Positions 20,778-30,127 of a stretch of DNA of 64,000 nucleotides are shown one piece after another (position 1 is the first letter of the stretch; each line of letters starts with the position of its first letter). The position numbers and the translations under genes are program-made. The stretch is taken from assembly GCF_028368995.1 (NCBI RefSeq), contig NZ_JAQNDL010000003.1, forward strand, positions 2,848,001 to 2,912,000, written 5' to 3'. The notes beneath the pieces are model-generated. The model did no database searches and was not told where the DNA came from. It worked only from the letters and a program-made list of their open reading frames with translations. The stretch comes from Nannocystis bainbridge (lineage in GTDB: Bacteria > Myxococcota_A > Polyangia > Nannocystales > Nannocystaceae).

Positions 20778-20830
20778 GCCCGGATTGTATGGGCGCGGTT
20801 TTGCTCAGGCAAGATGCTTTCGCAACCAGG

Positions 20831-21041
20831 TCAACGCAGGCTGCCGCGAAGCCGCACCGTGTAGCGGCCGGTCACGGTCATCGACATTTTTGCCCCGTCC
20901 TGGACCAGGTCACCCGCGACCTTGACCGCGCCGTCGGCCGAACCATCCAGGTCGACGCCGCGGTCGAGGGAACGGCGCATTTTCCCCTGGAGCCCAAGAG
21001 TCATCTTCAGCTCGTTGTTCTCTTCGTCGACCCGGCTCTCG
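20831..21041 (-). pseudogene. Orphan 3' gene fragment abutting a repeat cluster
   Basis: ESRVDEENNELKMTLGLQGKMRRSLDRGVDLDGSADGAVKVAGDLVQDGAKMSMTVTGRYTVRLRGSLR* reads like protein and runs straight into the repeats. Confidence 0.35.
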
Positions 21042-21049
21042 AGTTGCCG

Positions 21050-21935
21050 TTGCTATCGCGCAACTCGGCGAGCCGCTGTTGCTCGGCGCCGTCGGTGTTG
21101 CTCCTGGCGATCCCGCTGTTGCGGCTGTGATTGCGCGGCCACCGGTGCCGCTCCCGGCGAGCTGCTGTTGCTCGGCACCGTCCGTGTTGCTTCCGGTGAG
21201 CACGCTGGCGCGCGCTAAGATCACGGCGAGGTGACGGCGCGCGGCGAAGGTGATTGCGCGGCCGCGGTATTGCTCCGGCGAGCTGTTGTCGCCGTTGGGA
21301 TAGCGCTATCGCGCGCTGCGACCGTGCGCGCCGCTGTTGCTCGGCGCCAGCTTCCGGCGAGCCTCCGATGCGCGCTGTGACGAGGCGGTGGTGGTGGCCG
21401 GCGCGGGCGGCCGGCGCGTGGGCGCCGTCGACGAGGCGGGGGGTGTTGTGCTGCGCGGAGCGTCAGCGAGGCGGGGGTGTTTTGGCCGGCGCCTGGAGCG
21501 TTGGCCGGCGCGGGGGCTGTTGCTCCGAGCGATGGCGGGGACTGTTGTCTCGGGCGGGGCGTCGGCGAGGCGGAATTGTTGGCCGTCGCGCGGGCCGGCG
21601 CGGGGGGCTATCGTGCCAGGCGCTGGCGACCGCGCCCCCGGACGACGTTGTCGTGGGGGCGCGGTCGCATGGACGCGCAGGCGGCTACATCCGTCGGTGT
21701 TGCGCCCGGTGTGCCGCTGTCGCTCCGCGCGCGGCCGTTGGTGTTGCTCCCCGGCGAGCCGCTGTCGCTCGCCGGGATCGTGCGGCCGTCGGTGTTGCTC
21801 CCGGCGAGCCGCCGTCGCTCGCCACCGCCGCCGTTACGCCGCTGCGAGCGCGCGCCGTCGGTGTTGCTCCCGGCGAGCTGCTGTCGCTGGCCCGATGGTG
21901 TTGCTCGGCGCGGGCAACTGGCGTTGCTCGGCGCG
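21050..21935. repeat. Largest cluster of GTCGGTGTTGCTCCCGGCGAGC-type repeats
   Basis: More than 10 copies, e.g. near 21076, 21094, 21165, 21184, 21334, 21740, 21791, 21860 and 21897. Confidence 0.75.
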
Positions 21936-21942
21936 GAGCCTG

Positions 21943-23125
21943 TCAATGACTTTGAGACACGGTGTTGGTCGGGTTTAGTGATTGTGAGATTTCGCCGGAG
22001 TGGTGATGAAAGGATGGATCGGTCGTGCTGCACCCGTCCGAAAGGACATGGACGTCGTACTCGCGAAGGCCGCGTTCGAGGCGGCGCGGTGGGTTGATGT
22101 AGACCGCGGCGGGAGGCCGGCGCGGCGTGGACAGTCCGCGGACGAAGCGCTCGGGATGGGCTTCGTAGGCGGCGTGGAGGGCGGCAGCCCTGATGGACAG
22201 GATGGCCTCGGTGCGGCCGTAATGCACGTCGGCGGGCGCCAGGAAGGCGATGCCGGAGTGGCGGTGGTGATGGTTGTAGCCGTCGACGAAGCGGCCGCAG
22301 AAGGCGTGGGCGTGGTCGTAGGAGGCGAAGCGGTCGGGGTAGTCGTGGGTATACTTGAGGGTCTTGAAGTGGGCCTCCGAGTACGGATTGTCGTCGCTGA
22401 CGTGGGGCCGGCTGTGCGAGCGGCGGGCGCCGAGGACGTCGTAAAGGTCGGCGAGCTCGCGGGAGGTCGGGACGGCGCCGCGATCGGCGTGGATGGTCAA
22501 TTGGTCAGGTTGAATGTTCTGCTTGTCGCAGGCGGCGCGGATCAGGCGCGCAGCGATGTCGGCGCTCTCGCGGCGCGCCAGGGTCCAGCCGACGACGCAG
22601 CGGCTGTAGATGTCGAGCAGGACGTACAGGTAATAGTATTGGCCCTTCGTCGGTCCCCGCAGCCAGGTGACGTCCCACGACCACACCTGGTTCGGCGCGG
22701 TCGCCAGCAGCTCGGGGCGCTTGTACTCGGGGTGCCGCCGCTGTCGCCGGCGCTCGCGGAGCTCGCCCTCGGCGGCGAGCAGGCGATACATGGTGCGCGC
22801 GCTGCATAGCCAGCGCTGCTCGTCGAGCAGCATCGGCACGATGACCTCGGGCGCCTTGTCGACGAAGCGCTCGCTGTGCAGCAGTTCCAGCACCTCCTGG
22901 CGCTCCACCGCGCTCAGCGCCCGTGGCGACGGCCGCGGCTTCGCCGAGCTCGGCGACGGCGCAGGGCGGCGCCGACGGTACACGGTCGCCCGCGAGACCC
23001 CCAGCGCCTCGCACGCCCGCGACAGACCTGTCCTCGCGGACAGATCGTCCGCTTGCGCGATCAGGGCTTCTCGGACGGATCGATCGTCGCGAGCGGGATC
23101 CCGAGCAATTGCGAGACTTTTTTTT
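21943..23125 (-). CDS. IS3 transposase OrfB (DDE), probably expressed as an OrfAB fusion by -1 frameshift
   Basis: PNQVWSWDVT, LDIYSR, IHADRG and DNPYSEAHFKTLK; A8G slippery run at 23117-23125 on the minus strand. Confidence 0.9.
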
Positions 23126-23459
23126 GGACATCGATGATCAGCTCCGCCGTCTCGAGCTTGTGCTCGAGCTGCGCCACACGGCGGCGCAGGCGCTCCAGCT
23201 CCTTCTGCTCGGGGTCCTGCTTCGGCTTCGGTCCGCGTTTCTTCGGCTTCAACGCGCCCAGCGTACCCTCGTCTCGCTGCCGCCTCCAGGTCGACAACAG
23301 CGAGCTGTACAGGCCCTCCTTGCGCAGGATGGCGCCGATCTGCCCATCGCTCGCGTGGTCGGTCTGCGCGAGGATCTTCCGCTTGTACGCCGGCGTGAAG
23401 CTGCGACGCGTCGCCTTCTCGGCGGTCTCGGGGTCGGGCTCTCGTGCTTGAGTCGCCAT
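23061..23459 (-). CDS. IS3 transposase OrfA (HTH)
   Basis: RRSFTPAYKRKIL...ILRKEGLYSSLLSTWRRQ...IIDVQKKVS. Confidence 0.85.
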   Translation of the reverse strand: MATQAREPDPETAEKATRRSFTPAYKRKILAQTDHASDGQIGAILRKEGLYSSLLSTWRRQRDEGTLGALKPKKRGPKPKQDPEQKELERLRRRVAQLEHKLETAELIIDVQKKVSQLLGIPLATIDPSEKP

Positions 23460-23812
23460 CAGATCCATGCCTCCTTCCTCGCCCGATTCGAGCCCGAACT
23501 CCACCCGCGAGTGCGCCTCGGCATCGCCGCAAGCGCAGCAAGAATTTCGACGGGACTACGCCCTTGCTGACTCGCCGCATCGGTACCCGGCGACCTCGAC
23601 GCGCTCTCGCCTCGCCGACTCGATTGCTCCTTGTCTCTGCTCCGCAGCAGGGCGCTCCTGGCGATCGGGCCCGCTGTAGGTGAAGCAAGAACTTCGACGG
23701 GACTATACGATTGCTGACTCGCCGTATCGGCGCCCAACGGCCTTGCCGTGCTCTCGTCCGATCTACTCGATTGCTCTCCGTTACCGCTCTTCTCGATGGT
23801 TTGGTGACTCAT
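23459..23812 (-). CDS. Possible IS passenger/leader ORF with internal 49-aa duplication
   Basis: EQSSR..ES..R..G.D.ASQQ..SPVE.LA occurs twice in frame; its TGA overlaps the OrfA ATG (TGATG). Confidence 0.4.
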   Translation of the reverse strand: MSHQTIEKSGNGEQSSRSDESTARPLGADTASQQSYSPVEVLASPTAGPIARSALLRSRDKEQSSRRGESASRSPGTDAASQQGRSPVEILAALAAMPRRTRGWSSGSNRARKEAWI

Positions 23813-24077
23813 GTTCTCGATTCACGGTCTCGCCCTGCTCTCTGAATTCCGAAGGAGCCGTGTCTCACGCGATATTGGCAGGTAGGGGCGCGCGAGGTGT
23901 TGTTCGGTGCGCGAGCGCGCGGATCGGGGGGTGTTGCTCGACGCGAATGCGGGGATGCGGGATGTGGCTTGACGCGAGCGCGCGGGCCCGGGGTGTTGCT
24001 CGGCGCGGTGCTGTTTTGGCTCAGCTGGAATGGGACACGCCCCGGCCTGGTAGAAGGAGCCGGGGCAAGGACCGCCC

Positions 24078-24287
24078 ATGAGCAAGAAGACACGCCGTCA
24101 CCACACCCCTGACCAGAAAATCAACCTGCTGCGCCGGCACCACCTCGAGAAGGTCCCCGTGTCGGAAGTCTGCGAGGGCGCCGAGCTCCAGCCGAGCGTC
24201 TTCTACGGCTGGCAGTACCACCTGTTCGAGCACGGTGCCGCGGCCTTCGGGGAATCTCGCAAGCGCGTCGAGACCATCGCGCCTTGA
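24078..24287 (+). pseudogene. Truncated IS3-type OrfA remnant
   Basis: RRHHTPDQKINLLRRHHLEKVPVSEVC...LQPSVFYGWQ; no OrfB follows. Confidence 0.75.
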
Positions 24288-24574
24288 CTGACGCAATCAA
24301 GGACGTCACGCGAGCATGTCGGCGTGGCCGACGCAGGAGGCCGCGCCGCGCGAGCCTCGTTCATCGACCCGGCATGGGCCTCGTGTTCACGGTGTTTGAT
24401 GGTATCGGAGTCAATGTTGATGCCGATACCGCTGTGTGAGGACCAGGCGCCTCGCAGATTGCGGCGGCGAGCACTGCGGGCCGCCGTGCCGGTCGAGGGT
24501 GGGCGCTCGATGCCTCTACACACGCTCGCATCGCTTGAACCTGGAGTTGCCGGGCGTGGGTGAGGCATGCCCCT

Positions 24575-25558
24575 TCAGAACTCCCGCTGCCAGATCGCGC
24601 CGAAACTCCCGCCGCTGAGCATCGGCGCGACCTGGTTTGATGATTTGCGGCGGAGCGCCAGCCCGATCATCGTCGCGCTGGCGACCAGCAGCGCCGGCCC
24701 TGCGATGAGTCCGGTCCGCGCAACGGCTTCTGTCCGGTGGCCGCGGTCGAAGATGTCCTGGCAATCGCCGACTAGCTGCTTCCGCGTGCACATGCCGGCG
24801 ACGAATTGCCGCTCGAGCGACTGAGTGCGCACGTAGGCCCCAATGAACATGCCGAACATCGCCAGGCTGGCGGCAGCGACCACGCCGCCGCCGATCGCCA
24901 GCCCTCTCCATGGCTTGGGCGGCGGCGCCGGGGCGGGCGTCGGCTGGGACGGGGGTGGCTCGGGCCCCTCGGCGCTCGGCTTTTGCTCGGGCGCTTGCGC
25001 GAGTTCGGCCAGGCGCTCCTGTAGCTTCGCGTGCGCGCTCTTTCCCTTGGTCCCGAGCGACGCCCCGGGGTGCAGTTGGCCGAACGCCCTCACGTAATTG
25101 TCGAGGACCTTGACCGCCTCCTCGACCACCGCTCGCTCGTCGCCCTTGCTCGCTGCTCTCCCATAGGCCTCGGCGATGTAATCGTATAATCCACCGCGGT
25201 TCTCCTGGTCCGTCGTCGGCAGCTGTTTGGCGGCCTCGGCCCAGCTTCGCGCCGCCCCGAGGTACTCCTCGCGTGAATACTGCTCGTCTCCTTGGACGAA
25301 CAGCTCGTCGAACGTCGACGCGTTTTCTGCCGGGGACACAGCGAACATCGCGGGCAACGTCGCAGGCTGCAGGCAGGTGAGACCTACGAATATCGCCACG
25401 GATCGCCGCCAAAACCGGAAATCACCCCTGCCCTGAGCTGCCGCGTGCATCCCGCGGACGATATCACGGGCCGAGTCAGCGACGATCCCCGCGATGGGGT
25501 CCGACTCCTGGGCCGCCGACAGCACAAATTCGCGCGTCGCCCAGATTGTTCGGTTCAA
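24575..25558 (-). CDS. TPR-like exported protein with C-terminal hydrophobic hairpin (true start probably near 25400)
   Basis: Helical TPR-like segment (LFVQGDEQYSREEYLGAARSWAEA), Pro-rich linker, two hydrophobic helices, ends AIWQREF. Confidence 0.7.
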   Translation of the reverse strand: MNRTIWATREFVLSAAQESDPIAGIVADSARDIVRGMHAAAQGRGDFRFWRRSVAIFVGLTCLQPATLPAMFAVSPAENASTFDELFVQGDEQYSREEYLGAARSWAEAAKQLPTTDQENRGGLYDYIAEAYGRAASKGDERAVVEEAVKVLDNYVRAFGQLHPGASLGTKGKSAHAKLQERLAELAQAPEQKPSAEGPEPPPSQPTPAPAPPPKPWRGLAIGGGVVAAASLAMFGMFIGAYVRTQSLERQFVAGMCTRKQLVGDCQDIFDRGHRTEAVARTGLIAGPALLVASATMIGLALRRKSSNQVAPMLSGGSFGAIWQREF

Positions 25559-25753
25559 CGCGCCAGTGCGCGATGGGCAGCGCGCACTGGCGCGCTGAAG
25601 CGTTAGGGGTCAACCTTCACAGATTTCGCGGCAAGAGTTACGGGCCGGCGGGCCGGCCCAGCGCGCGCAAGGATCTGGGGCCTCGCGCCCGATGCCACCG
25701 CTCGTGGCCGAGTTGCCGGGCGCGGGCGTGCCGTTGTAGGCTGCGACCCCGTC

Positions 25754-27499
25754 GTGAAGCTGGAGGCTCACCGCGACCCGCTGCCTGGGTCGATCCTCGA
25801 AGGACGTTACAGGCTCGTGCGCCTCCTCGGCCGCGGCGGCATGGGCAGCGTATATGTGGCCGAGGAGACGCGGCTGGGGCGGTCCTACGCACTGAAGCTG
25901 CTCAAACCCGAGCTCACGGAGGACCGCGCGCAGATCGAGCGATTTCTCCGCGAGGCGCAGACGATCGCGCGGCTGGAGCACCCAAACATCGTCGACATTC
26001 ATTCATTCGGCGAGGACCCCTCGGGCTTCGTGTTCTTCACTATGGAGCTGCTGACCGGCGAGGACCTCGAGTCGCGGATCGCCGCGCGATCGGGCCGGCC
26101 CTACAGCGTGCGTGAGGCGTGCGCCTGGGCGATCCAGATCGCGCGCGCGGTCGGATACGTCCACCAAAACGGGCTGATCCACCGCGACCTCAAGACACAA
26201 AACGTCTTCCTCGCGCGCACGCGTGACGGCGGCGAGATCATCAAGCTGCTCGACTTCGGCATCGCGCGCCCGGAGAGCGGCTCGGAACTCACTCGCACGG
26301 GGAACATCCTCGGCACGCCGAGCTACATGTCACCCGAGCAGATCCGCGACGAGCGGCTGGACCGCCGCTCCGACATCTACTCGTTCGGCGTGCTGCTATT
26401 CAAGCTGCTCATCGGGCGCGCCCCATTCGTCGGCGAGGCGATCCAGGTGGCGATGCACCACCTCACCTCGCAGGTCCCGCCGCCGTCGTCGCTCGCGCCC
26501 GGCGCCGGGATCCCGCCGGCCCTCGACGAACTGGTCCTCAAGGCCCTGTCTAAACAGCCGGGCGACCGCTACGCCTCGATGGAGGAGGTCGAGCGCGCCC
26601 TCGTCGCGGTGTATGCGACCCCGCTGCTCGCCCCGCCGGTCAAGCTCGCGCCGCCCGCGGCATCCTCCCGGCCCCCCTCGTTACAACCCGAGGTCGACCA
26701 CGCCGACGAGGGGGCGCTCTCGCTCGCGACCACGGCGTCTCTGCTGCGCCCACCACGCTGCTCCGAGTCTCCCGCGGCGACTGTCCCCGCGAGCAGCGCG
26801 GCGCTCTCGGTCGACGAAGCGGCGCTCGACGAGGTTACGGCGCGGAGCCTCGTCGAGCGAGTGGCGACCGACCCGGCTCTGATTCCGGTCGCCGCCCCCC
26901 CGGCGCCGGCCAGTCCCTCGCCGGCGCGCACGAGCCAGCTCTGGCGTCTCCTCGCGCTCGGAGCGAGCCTTGCGTGCCTTCTCGCCCTCGCAACGTGGCT
27001 GGTCGCTCGCCTAGGGCTCAACATGCCGGCGGTCGTTTCCCCGGCCACCGCCCCGCCGGCCCCATCGATCGTCGCGTCGCCCTCTCCACCCATGCCGGAT
27101 ACGGCAAAGAGCGCTCCCATCATTCTGCCGGACCCGGCTCCGCCCGCGGCCGAGCCGCCTGCTCCCTCCGCGCCGGAGCCCGACGATGCCCCGAGCTCGA
27201 ACGACCCGGAGGACCCGCGACCGACGAAGGTCGATCGCCCGAAGTCAGAACCCGTGAAGCCGAAGGTCAGCCCACCGGACCCGATCGCCCGGATCAAGGA
27301 GCGAGCCCGCGCCTGCCGCCGGAAGCACAACGCCGTCGACCAGCCTGCGCTCACCGTCGAATTCGCGGTTGGGAGCGACGGCGCCGTCCTGCGCGCCACG
27401 CCCGCGAGCGACACCCCGCTCGCCATCTGCCTCGCCGATGCCGTGAAGCAGGCCCGCTTCGAGCCCAAGATCCGGCTCCGGCAGGAGATCTCTCTGTGA
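25754..27499 (+). CDS. Membrane Ser/Thr protein kinase with TonB-C/AgmX-like C-terminal domain
   Basis: LGRGGMGSVY, ALKLL, HRDLKTQN, DFG, GTPSYMSPE and SDIYSFG; TM helix; C-terminal C...VEFAVGSDGAV...ICLADAV..ARF. Confidence 0.92.
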   Translation: MKLEAHRDPLPGSILEGRYRLVRLLGRGGMGSVYVAEETRLGRSYALKLLKPELTEDRAQIERFLREAQTIARLEHPNIVDIHSFGEDPSGFVFFTMELLTGEDLESRIAARSGRPYSVREACAWAIQIARAVGYVHQNGLIHRDLKTQNVFLARTRDGGEIIKLLDFGIARPESGSELTRTGNILGTPSYMSPEQIRDERLDRRSDIYSFGVLLFKLLIGRAPFVGEAIQVAMHHLTSQVPPPSSLAPGAGIPPALDELVLKALSKQPGDRYASMEEVERALVAVYATPLLAPPVKLAPPAASSRPPSLQPEVDHADEGALSLATTASLLRPPRCSESPAATVPASSAALSVDEAALDEVTARSLVERVATDPALIPVAAPPAPASPSPARTSQLWRLLALGASLACLLALATWLVARLGLNMPAVVSPATAPPAPSIVASPSPPMPDTAKSAPIILPDPAPPAAEPPAPSAPEPDDAPSSNDPEDPRPTKVDRPKSEPVKPKVSPPDPIARIKERARACRRKHNAVDQPALTVEFAVGSDGAVLRATPASDTPLAICLADAVKQARFEPKIRLRQEISL

Positions 27500-27732
27500 C
27501 GCACAGATCCATCATGAACGAGAAGCAGGCCCGCTTCGAGCCAAGACCCGATTCTGAGGAAAGCAGCGCAACGAGATGGCGTCGCTTCTCGTCGGCGCCG
27601 CCTACAACCTACTTCGGATGGCAAAGCTGCTGCTGCCCATCGCATGAGGCCCGTCGGGCTGGGGTCTCCCCTGGCCCGAAGAGGCCCCGGAGGAAAGTTC
27701 TGGAGGGATTTCTTTCTACTCACATGATCTCG

Positions 27733-27990
27733 CTCAACACCGGCGGCCGCGCGATCACACCCCGCGTCGGCGGCTCGCTGGAAGCAACACCGACGGCGCC
27801 GAGCAACAGCGGCGCGCACGGTCGCACCGCGCGATAGCACTGTCCCGACGGCGACAGCAGTTCGCCGAAGCAAATGCCGCGGCCACACCATCCCTGCGCG
27901 CGCCGGCGCCGAGCCGCACTCATAGAGCGCGCCAGCGGGCTCGCCGGAAGCAACACCGACGGCGCCGAGCAACAGCATCTCGCCGGAAGC
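27733..27990. repeat. Reverse-oriented copies of the TGTTGCTC repeat family
   Basis: GAAGCAACACCGACGGCGCCGAGCAACAGC occurs identically at about 27781 and about 27947. Confidence 0.75.
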
Positions 27991-28085
27991 AGCTCCGGCG
28001 GTCGCGCATAGTTACGACAGCAGAATCGGGCCGGCTGAATTCGCCCGTGTTGCGCCGGGTAGCCGCTGCGGGGACAATCCCCGCC

Positions 28086-28412
28086 ATGGACATTTCACCT
28101 GGGGATCACCGGCTCCGGCGGCTGCATCGCATCGACACTGGGGTGCTCGAAGAGAAGAGGCAACTGCTTGCGCAGGGCAAGGGCGTCGACCCGGTCTCGA
28201 TCGTGCGGTTCAGGCAGCCCACCGGGTTCGAAGTCTACATCGTGGCCGACGGCACGCATCGTGTGCAGGCGGCGCTAGAGATGGGGCTTGAGGCGATCGA
28301 GTTCGAGTGGGGAGACCTCAAGAGCGTCGAGCGCGAGGCGAGGCGGCGCGGGCGCGACTTCGCCGACCTGGCTCATCGTGCGCGCAAGTTCGCCAGCGAC
28401 GATCACGAGTGA
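28086..28412 (+). CDS. Small stand-alone ParB/Srx N-terminal-like domain protein
   Basis: DPVSIV...YIVADGTHRVQAALEMG (DGxHR motif). Confidence 0.65.
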   Translation: MDISPGDHRLRRLHRIDTGVLEEKRQLLAQGKGVDPVSIVRFRQPTGFEVYIVADGTHRVQAALEMGLEAIEFEWGDLKSVEREARRRGRDFADLAHRARKFASDDHE

Positions 28413-28619
28413 GAACCATCGGTTCGCGGCGGGATTGCTCGCGACGCGAGGTCCGGCAGCATGGCCAGATGCGGCGCGGGTTCGGCCAAGTATTCTCAGT
28501 GATGCTCGTGATAGCTCGCGGTGCGCTGCCCCGAAGGCGGCATCGACGGCGCCACGAGTGGACCACGTCATCCTCGGCGCGCAGGCCCCAAGCCCCGATT
28601 TCGCCGAGGCGACCGGCGC

Positions 28620-30125
28620 CTACAACCGGAAGCGCAGCGTCTCGCCCGACCGAAGTCCCAGGCCCTCGGCGAGCCTCGCAACGCAGTCCCCGAGATCGCC
28701 GAACGCGGCGCGGCCGTTGAATTTCACCTCGGGCGTCCCGCCGGACCGCGCCTCGATCGTGACCTGGGACTTGACCTGCTTCCCTTCACGGTCGCAGGCG
28801 AGGATCCCTCGACGGGCACGGCGCTCGGTCGCGGTCTTGACGACGACCGGCTTTGACGTGCCGGCCAGCACAGTCCCCTGTCTGACCGTCTCCGACCGCT
28901 CCACGCGCGCCGCTGTGGCACCGCCAGACTTGTACGGGGCATGCGCGGGTTCGGAGCCGTCCGAAGGGGCCATCTTGATCGGAGAGAGCAACGCGGGCTG
29001 GCCATTGCGGCTTCTCTGCGACACGGTGAGCTCGGGTACTTGCGGCCGCTCGTAGGCCGCCAGAGCGCCGGCATCCTGCGCCAACTCCACGCCGCCGGAA
29101 GTCGACAGCGCAGCCACCGCGGACCCACCGATCATCGCACCGAGCATCACGCCCATGAGCATCACACGCGGCATCCTGCCGGGCTCCGGGTGTGCGATGA
29201 CGGGGACCATGGCAGGCAGCTCAGCGAGTGCGTCGTGGAGCGCCAGCGCCATCTCCTTCGCGTCCGAGAAGCGGTGCTCGACGTCGCTGAGCGCACGCAT
29301 GACGATCTGGTCCACGCTCTCGGGGATCTCGAGGCCGGGGGCGATCATCGCCAGCGTGGGTACGGCGATCTGGCCCGGCTCCGCCACCATGAAGTCCGGG
29401 ATCGTCTGCGCGGTGAGCATCTCCCACATGAGCACGCCGAGCGCGTAGAGATCGGAGCGCGGATCTGGCGGGCAACCGGCGCAGCGCTCCGGCGCGACGT
29501 ATCGGCGCAGTCCGTACACCGTGTCATCAGGGACAGGCGCGTTGGTGATTTTCTTGCTCGGGAGCACGGTGGCGAAGCCGAAGTCGATCACCACTGCGAA
29601 GTCAGCGTCCGCGATGTCGTGGCGGAGCATCACGTTGGAAGCGTGCAGGTCGTTGTGGATGATGCCAGCGCCGTGCAGCTCGTGGAGCCCGGACAGCACG
29701 TGCAGCGCGATCCGGCACATGCGTCGCCATGGTATGGGTCCGCGCCGCGCCAGCGTCTGCAGCGACATGCCTTCGACGAACTTGAACACGGTGAAGGCGC
29801 AGCCCTCGTCGCAGCCGAAGTCGAACGCCTGGATCACGTACGGGCTCGAGTGACGGCTGGCTACACGGCCCTCCTGGCCGAAGTAGCCGAGCAGGCGCTC
29901 GTGCAGGCTCGAGTGCAGGATCTTGACCGCGACCTTGCCGCCGGTGCGCGTGTCCTCCGCGCAGTAGACCGTCGAAGTCCCGCCGGGTCCGATCGGCTCG
30001 TTGAGCTTGTAACGCCCGCCGACGAGCTCGTCGGAGTAGTTCTCCCGCGGATCGTCGTCCTCGACGTAGTGAAAGTTTAGGTCCGGGTCGCGAGCTTGCT
30101 TGGGGGGGTGCCAGATCGCGGGCAT
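28620..30125 (-). CDS. Membrane Ser/Thr kinase with atypical catalytic loop
   Basis: IGPGGTSTVY, VAVKIL, HNDLHASN, DFG, YVAPE and SDLYALG; TM helix; Cys-paired C-terminal domain. Confidence 0.88.
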   Translation of the reverse strand: MPAIWHPPKQARDPDLNFHYVEDDDPRENYSDELVGGRYKLNEPIGPGGTSTVYCAEDTRTGGKVAVKILHSSLHERLLGYFGQEGRVASRHSSPYVIQAFDFGCDEGCAFTVFKFVEGMSLQTLARRGPIPWRRMCRIALHVLSGLHELHGAGIIHNDLHASNVMLRHDIADADFAVVIDFGFATVLPSKKITNAPVPDDTVYGLRRYVAPERCAGCPPDPRSDLYALGVLMWEMLTAQTIPDFMVAEPGQIAVPTLAMIAPGLEIPESVDQIVMRALSDVEHRFSDAKEMALALHDALAELPAMVPVIAHPEPGRMPRVMLMGVMLGAMIGGSAVAALSTSGGVELAQDAGALAAYERPQVPELTVSQRSRNGQPALLSPIKMAPSDGSEPAHAPYKSGGATAARVERSETVRQGTVLAGTSKPVVVKTATERRARRGILACDREGKQVKSQVTIEARSGGTPEVKFNGRAAFGDLGDCVARLAEGLGLRSGETLRFRL

Positions 30126-30127
30126 GG

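Larger units (their letters stand above)
21941..23880 (-). mobile_element. IS3-family insertion sequence (~1.94 kb)
   Basis: Imperfect terminal inverted repeats TGTCAATGACTTTGAGACACGG (21941) and the reverse complement of CCGTGTCTCACGCGATATTGGCA (ending 23880); orfA/orfB layout. Confidence 0.85.

Noticed and set aside
21050-21935. Degenerate CRISPR or integron attC array
   Set aside because: Spacing is irregular, the intervening DNA is itself repeat-derived, no consistent attC-type hairpin ends were seen, and the integrase has an arm-binding domain rather than IntI features
21930-23890. Target-site duplication for the IS3 element
   Set aside because: The flanks (GGAGCC and GGTAGG) show no direct repeat
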